Source: Candidatus Woesearchaeota archaeon (GTDB lineage Archaea; Nanobdellota; Nanobdellia; Woesearchaeales; ARS49). Taken from it: 61,564 bases of DNA. Numbering within the stretch: the stretch's first letter is position 1; the number at the start of each line of letters is the position of its first letter. The translations under genes were made by a program, and so were the position numbers. The notes below the pieces were generated by a model. The model was not told where the DNA came from. It worked only from the letters and a program-made list of their open reading frames with translations, and made no database searches. The DNA is taken from assembly GCA_014729555.1 (NCBI GenBank), contig WJJT01000036.1, positions 1 to 61,564 of the forward strand, written 5' to 3'. Below, one piece after another: positions 1-8,780 of this stretch.

Positions 1-395
1 CTTGCTACATCGATGTCGGCTCTTCCTATCCTGGCAGTGCATAAGCTGCCAAGGGTGAGGGGGTTCACCTATCAAAAGGGATCGTTAGCTGGGTTCACAA
101 CGCTGTGAGGCAGTTGGTATAATATCTACTGGAGATGTTAGACGTCTGAGGGGAAGGACGCCATAGTACGAGAGGAACTGGCGTTCGAGGCCACTAGTCT
201 ACCGGTTATCTGACAAGGTATCAAGCCGGGCAGCCACGCCTTGGGGGATAAGTCCTGAAAGCATCTAAGGATGAAGCCCTCCTCGAAAAGAGACATCTTA
301 GAACATAGCTAAAAGAGCTGTTTGATGGGATCGGCGTGTAAGCGCAAAGGTAACGATGCGTTCAGCGTGCGATTTCCAACGTTCATCCCCAGTAT
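1..395 (+). rRNA. rrl: 3'-terminal ~0.4 kb of large-subunit (23S) rRNA (domains V-VI), truncated by the window start; 3' boundary approximate
   Basis: Universally conserved LSU strings read directly: CGATGTCGGCTCTTCC at 11-26 (peptidyl-transferase central loop), sarcin-ricin loop AGTACGAGAGGAAC at 165-178, GAAAGCATCTAAG at 257-269. No long ORF. Confidence 0.9.
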
Positions 396-500
396 TTTTG
401 GTCTAGCACGGTTTCATTTAATTTTTTAAGAAAATGAACGCAAACACATTTAATCCGTTTTTGAAAGCAAAAATCATCGAGTAATTTTCATAGCGTTAGC

Positions 501-559
501 GCTCGATGATGAAAAAGATTCTTCTGATTTTATGATGATAACCGACATCGGCTGAGAGC
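501..559 (+). ncRNA. C/D box sRNA (2'-O-methylation guide), 59 nt
   Basis: C box ATGATGA 506-512, D' CTGA 524-527, C' ATGATGA 532-538, D CTGA 552-555. Guide spacers are 11 and 13 nt. Terminal stem GCTC(501-504)/GAGC(556-559). D guide 540-551 is complementary to 23S positions 10-21 of this window. Confidence 0.8.
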
Positions 560-563
560 TTAA

Positions 564-588
564 TCTTTTTTGTTTTCTTTTTTTCTTT
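564..588 (+). terminator. Oligo-T tract downstream of the sRNA / rRNA operon
   Basis: CTTTTTTGTTTTCTTTTTTTCTTT directly follows the sRNA terminal stem. Archaeal termination typically uses T runs. Confidence 0.4.
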
Positions 589-596
589 CGAAATTC

Positions 597-629
597 TTCC
601 GGATTTTTTGAGCAAAAACATATAAAGAC
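597..629 (+). promoter_or_regulatory. Promoter, member of the extended CCGGA...GCAAA..CATATAAAG family
   Basis: TTCCGGATTTTTTGAGCAAAAACATATAAAGAC. The TATA ends 23 nt before the ATG at 650. Confidence 0.55.
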
Positions 630-649
630 TTAAACATGCATTATACCAC

Positions 650-1114
650 ATGGTTACTGCACGAAACTTTAAGGATCTTGAAATTTATCATTTAGCTCAC
701 CAGTTTGTTCTCGACATTTACGAACTTGTAAAGGACTTTCCAAAATCCGAAGATAATAATTTAACTTCTCAATTACGAAGAGCTGCAACTTGCTTGCCTC
801 TCAATATTGCAGAAGGCTCTGGCGCGAATTCCAATAAAATTTTCTTGAACTTTCTTATCTTTTGCTACCGCTCCTGTCTTGAGTGCGAAGCCTGCCTGCG
901 ATTAAGCAAGGATCTTGGCTACATTAACGAGCAAAAGTTCGGCATTTATTTTGAGAAGCTCGACAGGTTCATAAGAAAGCTTTACCGCTACATGCAGTAT
1001 CTTGAGGACAGCACAGGAAACAGGAAGAAAGACAGGTCTGATTATTACAGGCAAAGCAAGCATTATTTTGATGACAATATGAAGAAAAGAAAAAGTATGC
1101 GGGCTTTATGTTAA
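650..1114 (+). CDS. Four-helix-bundle protein of the 23S rRNA intervening-sequence (S23-like) family
   Basis: N-terminal FKDLEIYHLAHQFVLDIYELVKDFPK...LTSQLRRAA.S...NIAEG pattern is typical of this family. Own promoter motif upstream. Confidence 0.7.
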   Translation: MVTARNFKDLEIYHLAHQFVLDIYELVKDFPKSEDNNLTSQLRRAATCLPLNIAEGSGANSNKIFLNFLIFCYRSCLECEACLRLSKDLGYINEQKFGIYFEKLDRFIRKLYRYMQYLEDSTGNRKKDRSDYYRQSKHYFDDNMKKRKSMRALC

Positions 1115-1154
1115 TAACAGTTCAGGTCCTTCAGACATCTAGAAGTTGCATATG

Positions 1155-1775
1155 TTACTTTCTCTTCACATCGTCTTTTATCTTCTTGACAATCTCTGGA
1201 AAAGAAGATATCTTGAAATGACCGTTCTTGCTTTTGTAGATGATGATCATTGCGTTCTTTAATTTCTTTTCATATTTTTTGGCCTGCGACACTGGAACAG
1301 TTTTGTCATCCTTTGAGAACATCAAGTAAAGATTTTTAGATTGTTTTTCGATTCTTGACAGGTCTGACTTAAGCTTAAAGCCGCCGACCAAATCTTCACC
1401 AGGCAGGGAATTATCAAACGGCGGGCAGACAAGGTATGTTGATAGGATCTTTTTTGGGAACTTGTTTTCTGACAGGTATTTTGCGAGAAAAATTCCTCCA
1501 AGAGAGTTGCCGATCAGGATAATGTTATTCTTCAGGTAAGGAAAATACCTCTCAAAAGCAATCTTCCAGTCAGAATACTTTGCATTTTCCTGCAGAGGCA
1601 TGCGCGGCTTAATGACTTCAAAGTTTTTGCCTAGTTTTTTAACCAGGTAATCACCAGACCAGCGTATTTTTTTCTTCAAAGATAGCTTTCTGGTTTTCAG
1701 GTAGTGCAGATAGTCTTTCTTGCTCCTGAAAGTCATTCCGCCGTGGATTATGAGTATTTGTGTTTTTTTTGGCAT
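1155..1775 (-). CDS. Alpha/beta serine hydrolase (YdeN/RBBP9-like)
   Basis: ILIIHGG N-terminus, nucleophile elbow GNSLGG, C-terminal NGHF. TATA-like AATTAATATAG lies about 23 nt upstream. Confidence 0.6.
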   Translation of the reverse strand: MPKKTQILIIHGGMTFRSKKDYLHYLKTRKLSLKKKIRWSGDYLVKKLGKNFEVIKPRMPLQENAKYSDWKIAFERYFPYLKNNIILIGNSLGGIFLAKYLSENKFPKKILSTYLVCPPFDNSLPGEDLVGGFKLKSDLSRIEKQSKNLYLMFSKDDKTVPVSQAKKYEKKLKNAMIIIYKSKNGHFKISSFPEIVKKIKDDVKRK

Positions 1776-1853
1776 ATGACTCGTAAAAAAACAGCACTAT
1801 ATTAATTTTTTCAAAAAACAAAAACAAAAAAACACAAAAAAACAGGAATTTGG

Positions 1854-1870
1854 GTCCTTGCGGACAGATA
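1854..1870. repeat. 17-nt repeat GTCCTTGCGGACAGATA, copy 1 (contains GTCC/GGAC mini-hairpin)
   Basis: Perfect match to 2822-2838. Similarity extends about 11 nt further, (A/G)AA(T/G)TTG(T/C)ATA. Confidence 0.8.
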
Positions 1871-1900
1871 AAATTGTATATAACATCATTAACACCATTT

Positions 1901-2740
1901 TCAGTTTTCAGAGGCAGGCTCGCGCCTTGGCCCGAAAAAAGTCTCCTCGCGCATCACCTGCACTGCGTGCTTGTCAGGAATCCTTATTGTGAATTTTGCT
2001 CCTTTGCCGTATTCGCTGTCAACAAGTATCTTTCCCCAGTGGCTTTTCACAATCCTGCGGGCAACAGCAAGCCCTATACCATGCCCTTTGCTGCCTTTTG
2101 TGGTATACCATGCATCAAATATGCGCGGCAGATCTGTTTCCTTTATGCCGCATCCGTCATCCTCAAACTCAATAAAGACATACTTTTCCTTGTGATAAGA
2201 GCGAACATAAACATTTTTAGAGCGTTCCTTAGGAAGACCCCCATAAGCATGCATTGCGTTCTGCATCATGTTTGTAAAAACAGTCTCCAGGCCCCCTGGA
2301 TATCCGTCAACCTCAGGCACATCATTCAGATCTGCAACTAACTTAATCCCTTTACTATTGTATTGAAATTCATAGAGGCTGATGACACTGTTTAACAACT
2401 GATTAAAATAGACTGTTCCTCTTGTAAACTCTCCGCGTTTTGAAAAATTAAGCAGATTCCTCATCAACTCATTTAATTTTTCTGCAGAACTAAGTATAGT
2501 GCCATACAAGAAAGCATTCTCTGTATCTCCTATTTCTTCAGCACTTCTCTTGCCTGCTTCTGCCAGGCCGATTATTGGAGTTATCAAGTTGTTGGAATCA
2601 TGCGCAACACTTGAAACAAGAAAACCCAGTACGCTGTGTTTTTCAGCACGGACGAACCTGCTTAACCTGTCTTCATCAACAGAATCATCAGGCCCAAAAA
2701 TGGCCTTCAATTCTTTTTCAATATCTGATTCTTCTGACAT
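1901..2740 (-). CDS. Sensor-less histidine kinase (DHp + HATPase_c); ORF could extend to 2848
   Basis: H-box VSSVAHDSNNLITP, N-box TNMMQNAMHA, G-boxes DDGCGI and GHGIGLAVARRIV. I prefer the start at MSEESD because the ATG at 2848 sits only about 12 nt from a TATA box. Confidence 0.8.
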   Translation of the reverse strand: MSEESDIEKELKAIFGPDDSVDEDRLSRFVRAEKHSVLGFLVSSVAHDSNNLITPIIGLAEAGKRSAEEIGDTENAFLYGTILSSAEKLNELMRNLLNFSKRGEFTRGTVYFNQLLNSVISLYEFQYNSKGIKLVADLNDVPEVDGYPGGLETVFTNMMQNAMHAYGGLPKERSKNVYVRSYHKEKYVFIEFEDDGCGIKETDLPRIFDAWYTTKGSKGHGIGLAVARRIVKSHWGKILVDSEYGKGAKFTIRIPDKHAVQVMREETFFGPRREPASEN

Positions 2741-2821
2741 CCCTATTGCACCAGGATTACTATATCCTTGTTTAGAGATTAAGATTATATAAAGGTTTGC
2801 CACAAAATAAAGTGAAAGTTT

Positions 2822-2838
2822 GTCCTTGCGGACAGATA
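2822..2838. repeat. 17-nt repeat GTCCTTGCGGACAGATA, copy 2
   Basis: Perfect match to 1854-1870. The adjacent TAGAAGTTGCATA (2837-2849) also recurs at 1140-1152. Confidence 0.8.
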
Positions 2839-2886
2839 GAAGTTGCATAGAGAAACTTTATAAATCGCAGCAGGATTTCTTTAATC

Positions 2887-3855
2887 ATGATATGCCTTGG
2901 AATAGAATCAACAGCACACACGTTCGGAGTAGGTATTGTTACGTCTGAAGGGAAAATATTAGCTAATGCTAAAAAAGTATTTACAACAGAGACAGGCGGA
3001 ATGATTCTTCGTGAAGTTGCAAAGCATCATGAGAAAATTTGTGATTCTGTTGTTTCAGAAGCTATGGAAAAGGCCAATGTTAATTGGGATAAAATAGATT
3101 TGATTGCTTATTCACGCGGGCCTGGATTAGCACCTGCACTTAAAGTTGGAAAAGATTTAGCAAAAAAGTTGAGTTCTGAACATAATAAACCTATTATTGG
3201 AGTGAATCACTGTGTTGCACACTTAACAATTGGTCAATTATGCACTGGTGCAAAAGATCCTGTATTTCTTTATGTTTCTGGAGTTAACACGCAGGTAATT
3301 GCAATTGCCGGCGGAAAGTTCAGGATATTCGGTGAGACACTAGACATTGGAATAGGAAATGCGCTGGATAAATTCGGCCGTGAAGCAGGATTAGGATTTC
3401 CAGCAGGACCAAAGATAGAGGAACTGGCTGAAAAAGGAAAATACATAGAAATGCCGTATGTTGTAAAAGGAATGGACACTTCATTTGCCGGCCTTGTTAC
3501 AAAAGCAACACAATTATTGAAAAAAGGAGAGAAGATTGAAGATGTTTGCTGCGCATTTCAGGAAACTGCATTTGCAATGGTTACAGAGGTCTCTGAAAGA
3601 GCTTTAGCTCACTGTGAGAAAAAAGAATTGTTATTGATTGGCGGTGTTGCAGCAAATAAAAAATTATGTTCTATGCTAGATAAAATGTGCAAACAGAGAA
3701 ATGCTAAGTTTTTTGCAGTTCCTCTTGAATATGCAGGTGACCAGGGTGCAATGATTGCGTGGCAAGGAATTCTTGAACAAGGAAAAAGCAAGGAGATAGA
3801 AATAGATATCTATCCTTATGAAAGAACAGACACAATAGAAGTTGTCTGGGATTAA
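2887..3855 (+). CDS. kae1: tRNA N6-adenosine threonylcarbamoyltransferase Kae1 (not fused to Bud32)
   Basis: MICLGIESTAHTFGVGIV..., GVNHCVAHL, YVSGVNTQVI and GGVAANKKL are Kae1/TsaD ASKHA motifs. Confidence 0.9.
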   Translation: MICLGIESTAHTFGVGIVTSEGKILANAKKVFTTETGGMILREVAKHHEKICDSVVSEAMEKANVNWDKIDLIAYSRGPGLAPALKVGKDLAKKLSSEHNKPIIGVNHCVAHLTIGQLCTGAKDPVFLYVSGVNTQVIAIAGGKFRIFGETLDIGIGNALDKFGREAGLGFPAGPKIEELAEKGKYIEMPYVVKGMDTSFAGLVTKATQLLKKGEKIEDVCCAFQETAFAMVTEVSERALAHCEKKELLLIGGVAANKKLCSMLDKMCKQRNAKFFAVPLEYAGDQGAMIAWQGILEQGKSKEIEIDIYPYERTDTIEVVWD

Positions 3856-3873
3856 ATAGAAAAAAATTATTTT

Positions 3874-4152
3874 TTACGTTTTTCTTCTGTCGTTTGGGTG
3901 CGGTATTCCATACAGCTGCTTGCTTTTGCAAGCAAGATCGTCATTTGCTCCAATAACTCTTATTGAAACAATGTTCCCGCTTTCATTGATTACCATCCCC
4001 CACCTTTCACTATAGACACCACCCAGATCTATCCGCGCGATTTCGCCGTCTCGAGCTTGTTCTTCTGGTGATTTCCAATCTGTTACTGGTTCTCCTAGAC
4101 CTTTCATTAATTTCTTCAAAACATCACTTATATCTGAATCTTCTTCACTCAT
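3874..4152 (-). CDS. Hypothetical small acidic protein
   Basis: 92-aa ORF with normal composition, in a gap between supported genes. No recognised motif. Confidence 0.4.
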   Translation of the reverse strand: MSEEDSDISDVLKKLMKGLGEPVTDWKSPEEQARDGEIARIDLGGVYSERWGMVINESGNIVSIRVIGANDDLACKSKQLYGIPHPNDRRKT

Positions 4153-4294
4153 TTTTGTACCTCCTATTTTTTTAAAATATTATTATTTGGTGATAACTAT
4201 AAATTCAAGAAAAAGTATAAGTATTTTGCATATATGCATATGTATACATATTCTTTTAGAAAACTTTAAATAATAGCTAAACTAACTGCACAGT

Positions 4295-5176
4295 ATGGCT
4301 AAAAGAAAGCTGATAAAGTTTGGAAAAGCAAGCTATATGACCATTCTGCCAAAGAAATGGATAGATTCTCAACAATTGAAAGAAGGGCAGATGCTGAATA
4401 TAGAATTCAAAGACAACATACTAACTATAAGTCCTGCTGAAATCAAAATTCCTGAGAAAATCAAGAGAATTGAATTTTCCAAAGATGAATATCTCAAATT
4501 ATTGAGGGATAAGATCATTACTGCATACCTTAATGGATTCACAACTATTAAAATCTCGTTTGAAGAAGTTCTTACTAAAAAACAACTGGGAATGATAAAT
4601 GAAGCATTAAGAAGATGTACTGGATTGTCTATCAGCTCTCAAACAGAAAAATCTGTGACTATCAAAGATTTGTTGGATGAAACAAAAATAAGTGATATAA
4701 ACCAGCAATTAACGACAGCAAAGATGAGCCTTAGAAACTGCTTTTTCTCCTTGGAAGAACACCTACAAAAAAAAGCAAACTTTGAATCAGCACAACCAGT
4801 AGAACTGGCAACAAATTCATTATATCTTGCGATAAGATCATCTGCAATAACCAGAGAGGAAAAATACTCTTATTTTCTAATTTTCAATAATATGCTAACA
4901 ATATTACAGACAATGTACAATATAGCTGACTTGAAACCAGATAAAGTAGTGATAAACAAAATGAATGAAATAAAAGAAGTATATGACAAAACTTTCTTTG
5001 TGCTATTAAATAAAGATACTAAAAAATTAAAGGAACTGAACAGAATAAGAAAAAACATAAAAACAGAGTACAAAAAGTTAATAGGAAGCAAAAATTCTAA
5101 CACTGCTCTTGTGGGAGCGTACTGCAGAAGAATTCTTTATCTGTTAGGCATCATATCTGAACTTAGTTTAGATTAA
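4295..5176 (+). CDS. AbrB/SpoVT-domain regulator with PhoU-like helical C-terminal region
   Basis: N-terminal KLIKFGKASYMTILPKKWIDSQQLKEGQML.I is a swapped-hairpin AbrB motif. The helical remainder resembles archaeal PhoU-type regulators. Confidence 0.6.
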   Translation: MAKRKLIKFGKASYMTILPKKWIDSQQLKEGQMLNIEFKDNILTISPAEIKIPEKIKRIEFSKDEYLKLLRDKIITAYLNGFTTIKISFEEVLTKKQLGMINEALRRCTGLSISSQTEKSVTIKDLLDETKISDINQQLTTAKMSLRNCFFSLEEHLQKKANFESAQPVELATNSLYLAIRSSAITREEKYSYFLIFNNMLTILQTMYNIADLKPDKVVINKMNEIKEVYDKTFFVLLNKDTKKLKELNRIRKNIKTEYKKLIGSKNSNTALVGAYCRRILYLLGIISELSLD

Positions 5177-5862
5177 GGAACATCAACAAAAGTAGCTCTT
5201 TTTTTCCAGTTCTGCAAAGGGATTTCACCAAAATCACAATCCTTGCAAGTCCAGTCAAGATAAATCCAGTCATCATTCTTCAGGGTGCCTGGAGCATCTG
5301 CAATCTTGACGCGAACATAAGCATGCCTGGCAATAAAAACAAGCTGTGCATCAATGCCGATAGCCTCCTGAAGAGACGCAAGGGCAATAGAACCAGACTC
5401 ACAATCCCCGCCGCCTGCAACAAGAAACTCCTTAGGATCCTCAACATACTCAACACCCTGCGGGTCTGAAACATACTCATAATTATCCCGCAGGAAATAA
5501 AACAAAGCCTTAGAGTAACAGAGCAGGCCCTCTTTACAGGAAGCAGTCACAATCTTGTTGGCAGTGAGCTTAATCTTCTGGTCAGAAGGATTAACCAACT
5601 CCTTTAAATCCTCCTGACTGACAGAATTCTTTGGCTCTGAAACATCCTTCTCCATGCCATGAGCCAGGGCCTTTCCGACAGAGGTAATCCTCTTAGGCTC
5701 TTCATACGCCCTGATCCATTGGTAAGGAAACATATACAGAATCACAATCATCACAAGAAAAAGCCCTACAAGTAGCCAGACCCATTTTCTTGACTTGTGC
5801 TCTCTGTGCGGCTCTTTATCAATTTTTCTCGCTTCCTTCAGGACGTCCTCAGGCGTCATCAA
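5173..5862 (-). CDS. Membrane-anchored transglutaminase-like (papain-fold) protein
   Basis: One N-terminal TM helix. GGGDCESGSIALASL (Cys), ARHAYVRV (His) and YLDWT (Asp) lie in the order expected for the transglutaminase core. Confidence 0.5.
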   Translation of the reverse strand: MMTPEDVLKEARKIDKEPHREHKSRKWVWLLVGLFLVMIVILYMFPYQWIRAYEEPKRITSVGKALAHGMEKDVSEPKNSVSQEDLKELVNPSDQKIKLTANKIVTASCKEGLLCYSKALFYFLRDNYEYVSDPQGVEYVEDPKEFLVAGGGDCESGSIALASLQEAIGIDAQLVFIARHAYVRVKIADAPGTLKNDDWIYLDWTCKDCDFGEIPLQNWKKRATFVDVP

Positions 5863-6062
5863 ATAAACAGAGTGAAGAAGGATATATAAATTTATGCAAA
5901 AAGCATGTGCACTGCGCGCTTGGTTTTGCTTCTTTAACTGAGTGTTTCTCAGATTTATTTTTATTATAATCTTTTCTGGAGAGCTTTGCAGGCGCTATCA
6001 CACGCCTTTTTAAAAAAAAACAAAGCGTACTGTCTTGTAGAAAGAAAGGCAAATTTATTTTT

Positions 6063-6446
6063 TTACTTCTTTTTTTTCAGCCCTGTAAGGAACTTCTTAA
6101 AGCCAGATGATTTTTTCTTGGATTTCTTTTTAGCCTTTTTTTTTGTTTTCTTCGCCTTTTTCTTTGGCTTCTTTTTTGCTTTTTTTGGCTTCTTTTTTGC
6201 TTTTTTTGGCTTCTTTTTTGCTTTTTTTGGCTTCTTTTTTGCTTTTTTCCCGGCTTTTTTCTTAGGCTTTGACTTTGTTTTCCTGCTCACTGCAGGCTTT
6301 GTAAGAGGCATTTTTTCCTCTACAACAGGAGCGAGTGGCTCGAAAATCAAGCCGCAGTCCCTGCAGATAATCTGCTCTCTTACAGTGCCGTGTATTATGT
6401 TCGTGCTTCCACAGTCAGGGCATGAAGTTATTTCCTTTAAGTCCAT
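6063..6446 (-). CDS. TFIIB/TFB-type zinc-ribbon protein fused to a ~75-aa poly-lysine tail
   Basis: CPDCGSTNII....ICRDCGLIF is a Cys4 ribbon like the TFB N-terminus, but no cyclin folds follow. The tail is KKPKKAK repeats. Confidence 0.75.
   Translation of the reverse strand: MDLKEITSCPDCGSTNIIHGTVREQIICRDCGLIFEPLAPVVEEKMPLTKPAVSRKTKSKPKKKAGKKAKKKPKKAKKKPKKAKKKPKKAKKKPKKKAKKTKKKAKKKSKKKSSGFKKFLTGLKKKK
6166..6249. repeat. Four tandem copies of a 21-nt unit GGCTTCTTTTTTGCTTTTTTT (coding KKPKKAK on the minus strand)
   Basis: Unit starts at 6166, 6187, 6208 and 6229. The first three units are identical. Confidence 0.9.
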
Positions 6447-6528
6447 AGTGTGATTTCCTGATAAAACTGGTATATAAATGTTGTGGCAGTTAGTATTTAT
6501 TTTTTATATAAAAATTAAATTTGTTAAT

Positions 6529-6753
6529 TTACTCGAATTCAGAAATATAGTGCTGCGCAACAATGTGGCCGCTGAAATTCCTGCACAGAGTTAACAACTC
6601 CAGAAGCTTGCACACTGCGAGGCCGTGCGTATTCAACAGCTTTCTGCCCTGTGCATCAAGCGGCGGCCAGCTGCTTATCAGCTTTGAAGCCAGCTCCTGG
6701 TCTTTTCTGTAATAAGCAGTATAGCAAATGTTGAAATACTCACTGCATTTCAC
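6529..6753 (-). CDS. Doubtful GTG-initiated 74-aa ORF with an RNxxxH (HEPN-like) string; possibly a gene remnant
   Basis: CRNFSGH near the C-terminus. The upstream frame stays open except for one TAG. The region looks GC-richer than its flanks. Confidence 0.25.
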   Translation of the reverse strand: MKCSEYFNICYTAYYRKDQELASKLISSWPPLDAQGRKLLNTHGLAVCKLLELLTLCRNFSGHIVAQHYISEFE

Positions 6754-6899
6754 GACAAAATCAAGCAGGCCCTAACTGCCCAGGCCCAGCAGAGCTGCAC
6801 AGGTATGTAAAAGGTGAAGAAGAAATAACCGCTAAATATACAGACCATGTTTCAGAATGCAAAAAATACTGCCAGCCAGCAACAAAGATATTAAGTGAA

Positions 6900-8780
6900 T
6901 CAGCTTAAGCTGATCTGCTTAAGCAAATCCTCCTTGCCTTTCCAGTCAAGAGCCTCCTTAAGAACCTCTATAATATTACCAACAGCAATAATTTTTACTT
7001 TCTTTAATTTTTCCTTGTCAACAATAATGTCCTTCATGTTAGACTTAGGAACCAATACTTTCTTCATGCCAGCCTCAATAGCAGCCTCAACCTTGGCAGA
7101 GACACCCCCAATTGGAAGAACCTCTCCACGCACTGACAAAGAACCAGTCATTGCAGTATCCTGCTTAACAGGAATCTCCTTTAAAGCAGACAAAATAGAG
7201 GTAGCAACAGCAATAGAGGCAGAATCACCCTCAACCCCCTCATAAGTCTGCAGGAACTGAACATAAATATCATAATCCTTAAGTTCCTGGCCAAAAAACT
7301 TCCTGACAATAGCAGAGACATTCTTGACAGCCTCTTTGGCAATAGTGCCAAGCTTTCCAGTGGCAATAACCTCCTTCTCTTTACCGCCAGGAGTGACCTC
7401 TGCCTCAATAGGCAAAACAATTCCAGAGAAAGTGCTAGCACCGCCCATAACAGCAAGACCATTAACACGGCCAACCTGCTCGCCCTCTGAAACAATGATA
7501 TCATACTCCTTTTTCCGTTCAATAAACTTGTCAGCAATCTGCTTTTCAAGAGGCCTTGCAATCTTCTTGGCAGCCTCAACATGAGCCTTTGTAACAAGCT
7601 TGGATTTTTTCTCAAGAGACAAATCACCAGCAGCCCTGATTAAACCACCCAACTCCCTGAATCTAAGGGTCAAGTGATTCTTCCTGTTAGCCATCTTCCT
7701 GGCTTCCTCAATAACAGCAAGAACAGCATCCTTATTGAAATGAGGAATCTTGCCGTCTTTCTTGATTTCCTGAGCAACAAACCTCGCAACTTTTGCTCTG
7801 TTTTCTTCAGTATCAATCATTGTATCCTTCATATAAACCTCATAACCATAACCCCTTATTCTTGACCTCAAAGCAGGATGCATGTGCTGAACAGTCTCAA
7901 CATTACCCGCAGCAACAAGAACAAAATTACAAGGAACCGGCTCTGTCCTCACCATTGCTCCAGAAGAGCGCTCTGACTGTCCTGTAATAGAGTATTTTCC
8001 CTCCTGCAATGCAGTCAGCAATTCCTGCTGAGTAGCAGGAGCCAAAGTAGCAATCTCATCCACAAACAAAACACCCATGTTAGCCTTGTGAATCATTCCA
8101 GCAACAACACGCTCATGCGCAGGAGTGCCGAGCCCTCCAGACTGCAGAGGATCGTGCAAAATATCTCCAAGCAAAGCACCTGCATGAGCACCGGTTGCAT
8201 CCCAGAATGCTGCTTTCTTTTTTCCAAAATTATCAACAATAACCTTAGGAAAACTAACCTTTGTGCCAAGGCCTCTTTTTCCTAAATTCAGGAAAATAAC
8301 AAAAGCTGCCAAGAAAAGCATTCCGCCTAAAAACATGGCAGTAAACATAATAGCACCGCCAGTAGGGCCAATCTCTTTAGTGTAGTGTGAACGAGCCCAC
8401 CACGGCATAATCATAGCCAAAATAAGCAAAGCAAACATCAGGATATTCTGAAACCTGAAAAAAGAATTATTCTTTAATCTTGACTGCTGAACAATCTCCC
8501 TGCCATGGCCAGCAGGAACAACACGAATCATGGGCTGATTTTCATCATTAGGATTAGGGTAAGAAATTATATCTTTCAAGCTCTCTTTTGGGAGAAGCTC
8601 TGCTAATGCAAGCCCAAGCATGGACTTTCCAGTGCCAGGCTCTCCAATCAATAAAACGTGCCTTCTCTGCTGAGCAGCCTTTCTGACAATCTCAACAGCC
8701 TCTTCCTGGCCAATCACCTGCTCTGCAACATTAGCAGGAACATTGATTTCTTTAGTAGATTTAAAATTAAGCTTTTTCAT
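6900..8780 (-). CDS. lonB: Archaeal membrane-bound Lon protease (LonB)
   Basis: Walker A GEPGTGKS, two TM helices inserted in the AAA+ module, C-terminal Lon protease domain with [16 protein letters not shown] (Ser) and ...KVEAA (Lys). Confidence 0.9.
   Translation of the reverse strand: MKKLNFKSTKEINVPANVAEQVIGQEEAVEIVRKAAQQRRHVLLIGEPGTGKSMLGLALAELLPKESLKDIISYPNPNDENQPMIRVVPAGHGREIVQQSRLKNNSFFRFQNILMFALLILAMIMPWWARSHYTKEIGPTGGAIMFTAMFLGGMLFLAAFVIFLNLGKRGLGTKVSFPKVIVDNFGKKKAAFWDATGAHAGALLGDILHDPLQSGGLGTPAHERVVAGMIHKANMGVLFVDEIATLAPATQQELLTALQEGKYSITGQSERSSGAMVRTEPVPCNFVLVAAGNVETVQHMHPALRSRIRGYGYEVYMKDTMIDTEENRAKVARFVAQEIKKDGKIPHFNKDAVLAVIEEARKMANRKNHLTLRFRELGGLIRAAGDLSLEKKSKLVTKAHVEAAKKIARPLEKQIADKFIERKKEYDIIVSEGEQVGRVNGLAVMGGASTFSGIVLPIEAEVTPGGKEKEVIATGKLGTIAKEAVKNVSAIVRKFFGQELKDYDIYVQFLQTYEGVEGDSASIAVATSILSALKEIPVKQDTAMTGSLSVRGEVLPIGGVSAKVEAAIEAGMKKVLVPKSNMKDIIVDKEKLKKVKIIAVGNIIEVLKEALDWKGKEDLLKQISLS

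Noticed and set aside
396-649. Expected 5S rRNA or tRNA downstream of the 23S rRNA
   Set aside because: No 5S-like or cloverleaf-compatible sequence is present (no GGTTCGAAT-type T arm, no acceptor-stem pairing). The only structured element is the C/D box sRNA.
1850-2341. Plus-strand ORFs (1850-2341, 1971-2195, 2499-2792) inside the histidine kinase gene
   Set aside because: The minus-strand frame carries the full H, N and G box set. The plus-strand ORFs have no motifs and are typical shadow frames. Other antisense ORFs in the track, such as 7181-7627, 43124-43714, 58737-59375 and 17876-18232, were rejected on the same logic.
5986-6453. 155-aa plus-strand ORF rich in Phe (FFFAFFGFFF repeats)
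   Set aside because: It is the antisense shadow of the lysine-rich tail of the zinc-ribbon gene on the minus strand. Its composition is an artefact of poly-AAG/AAA complements.
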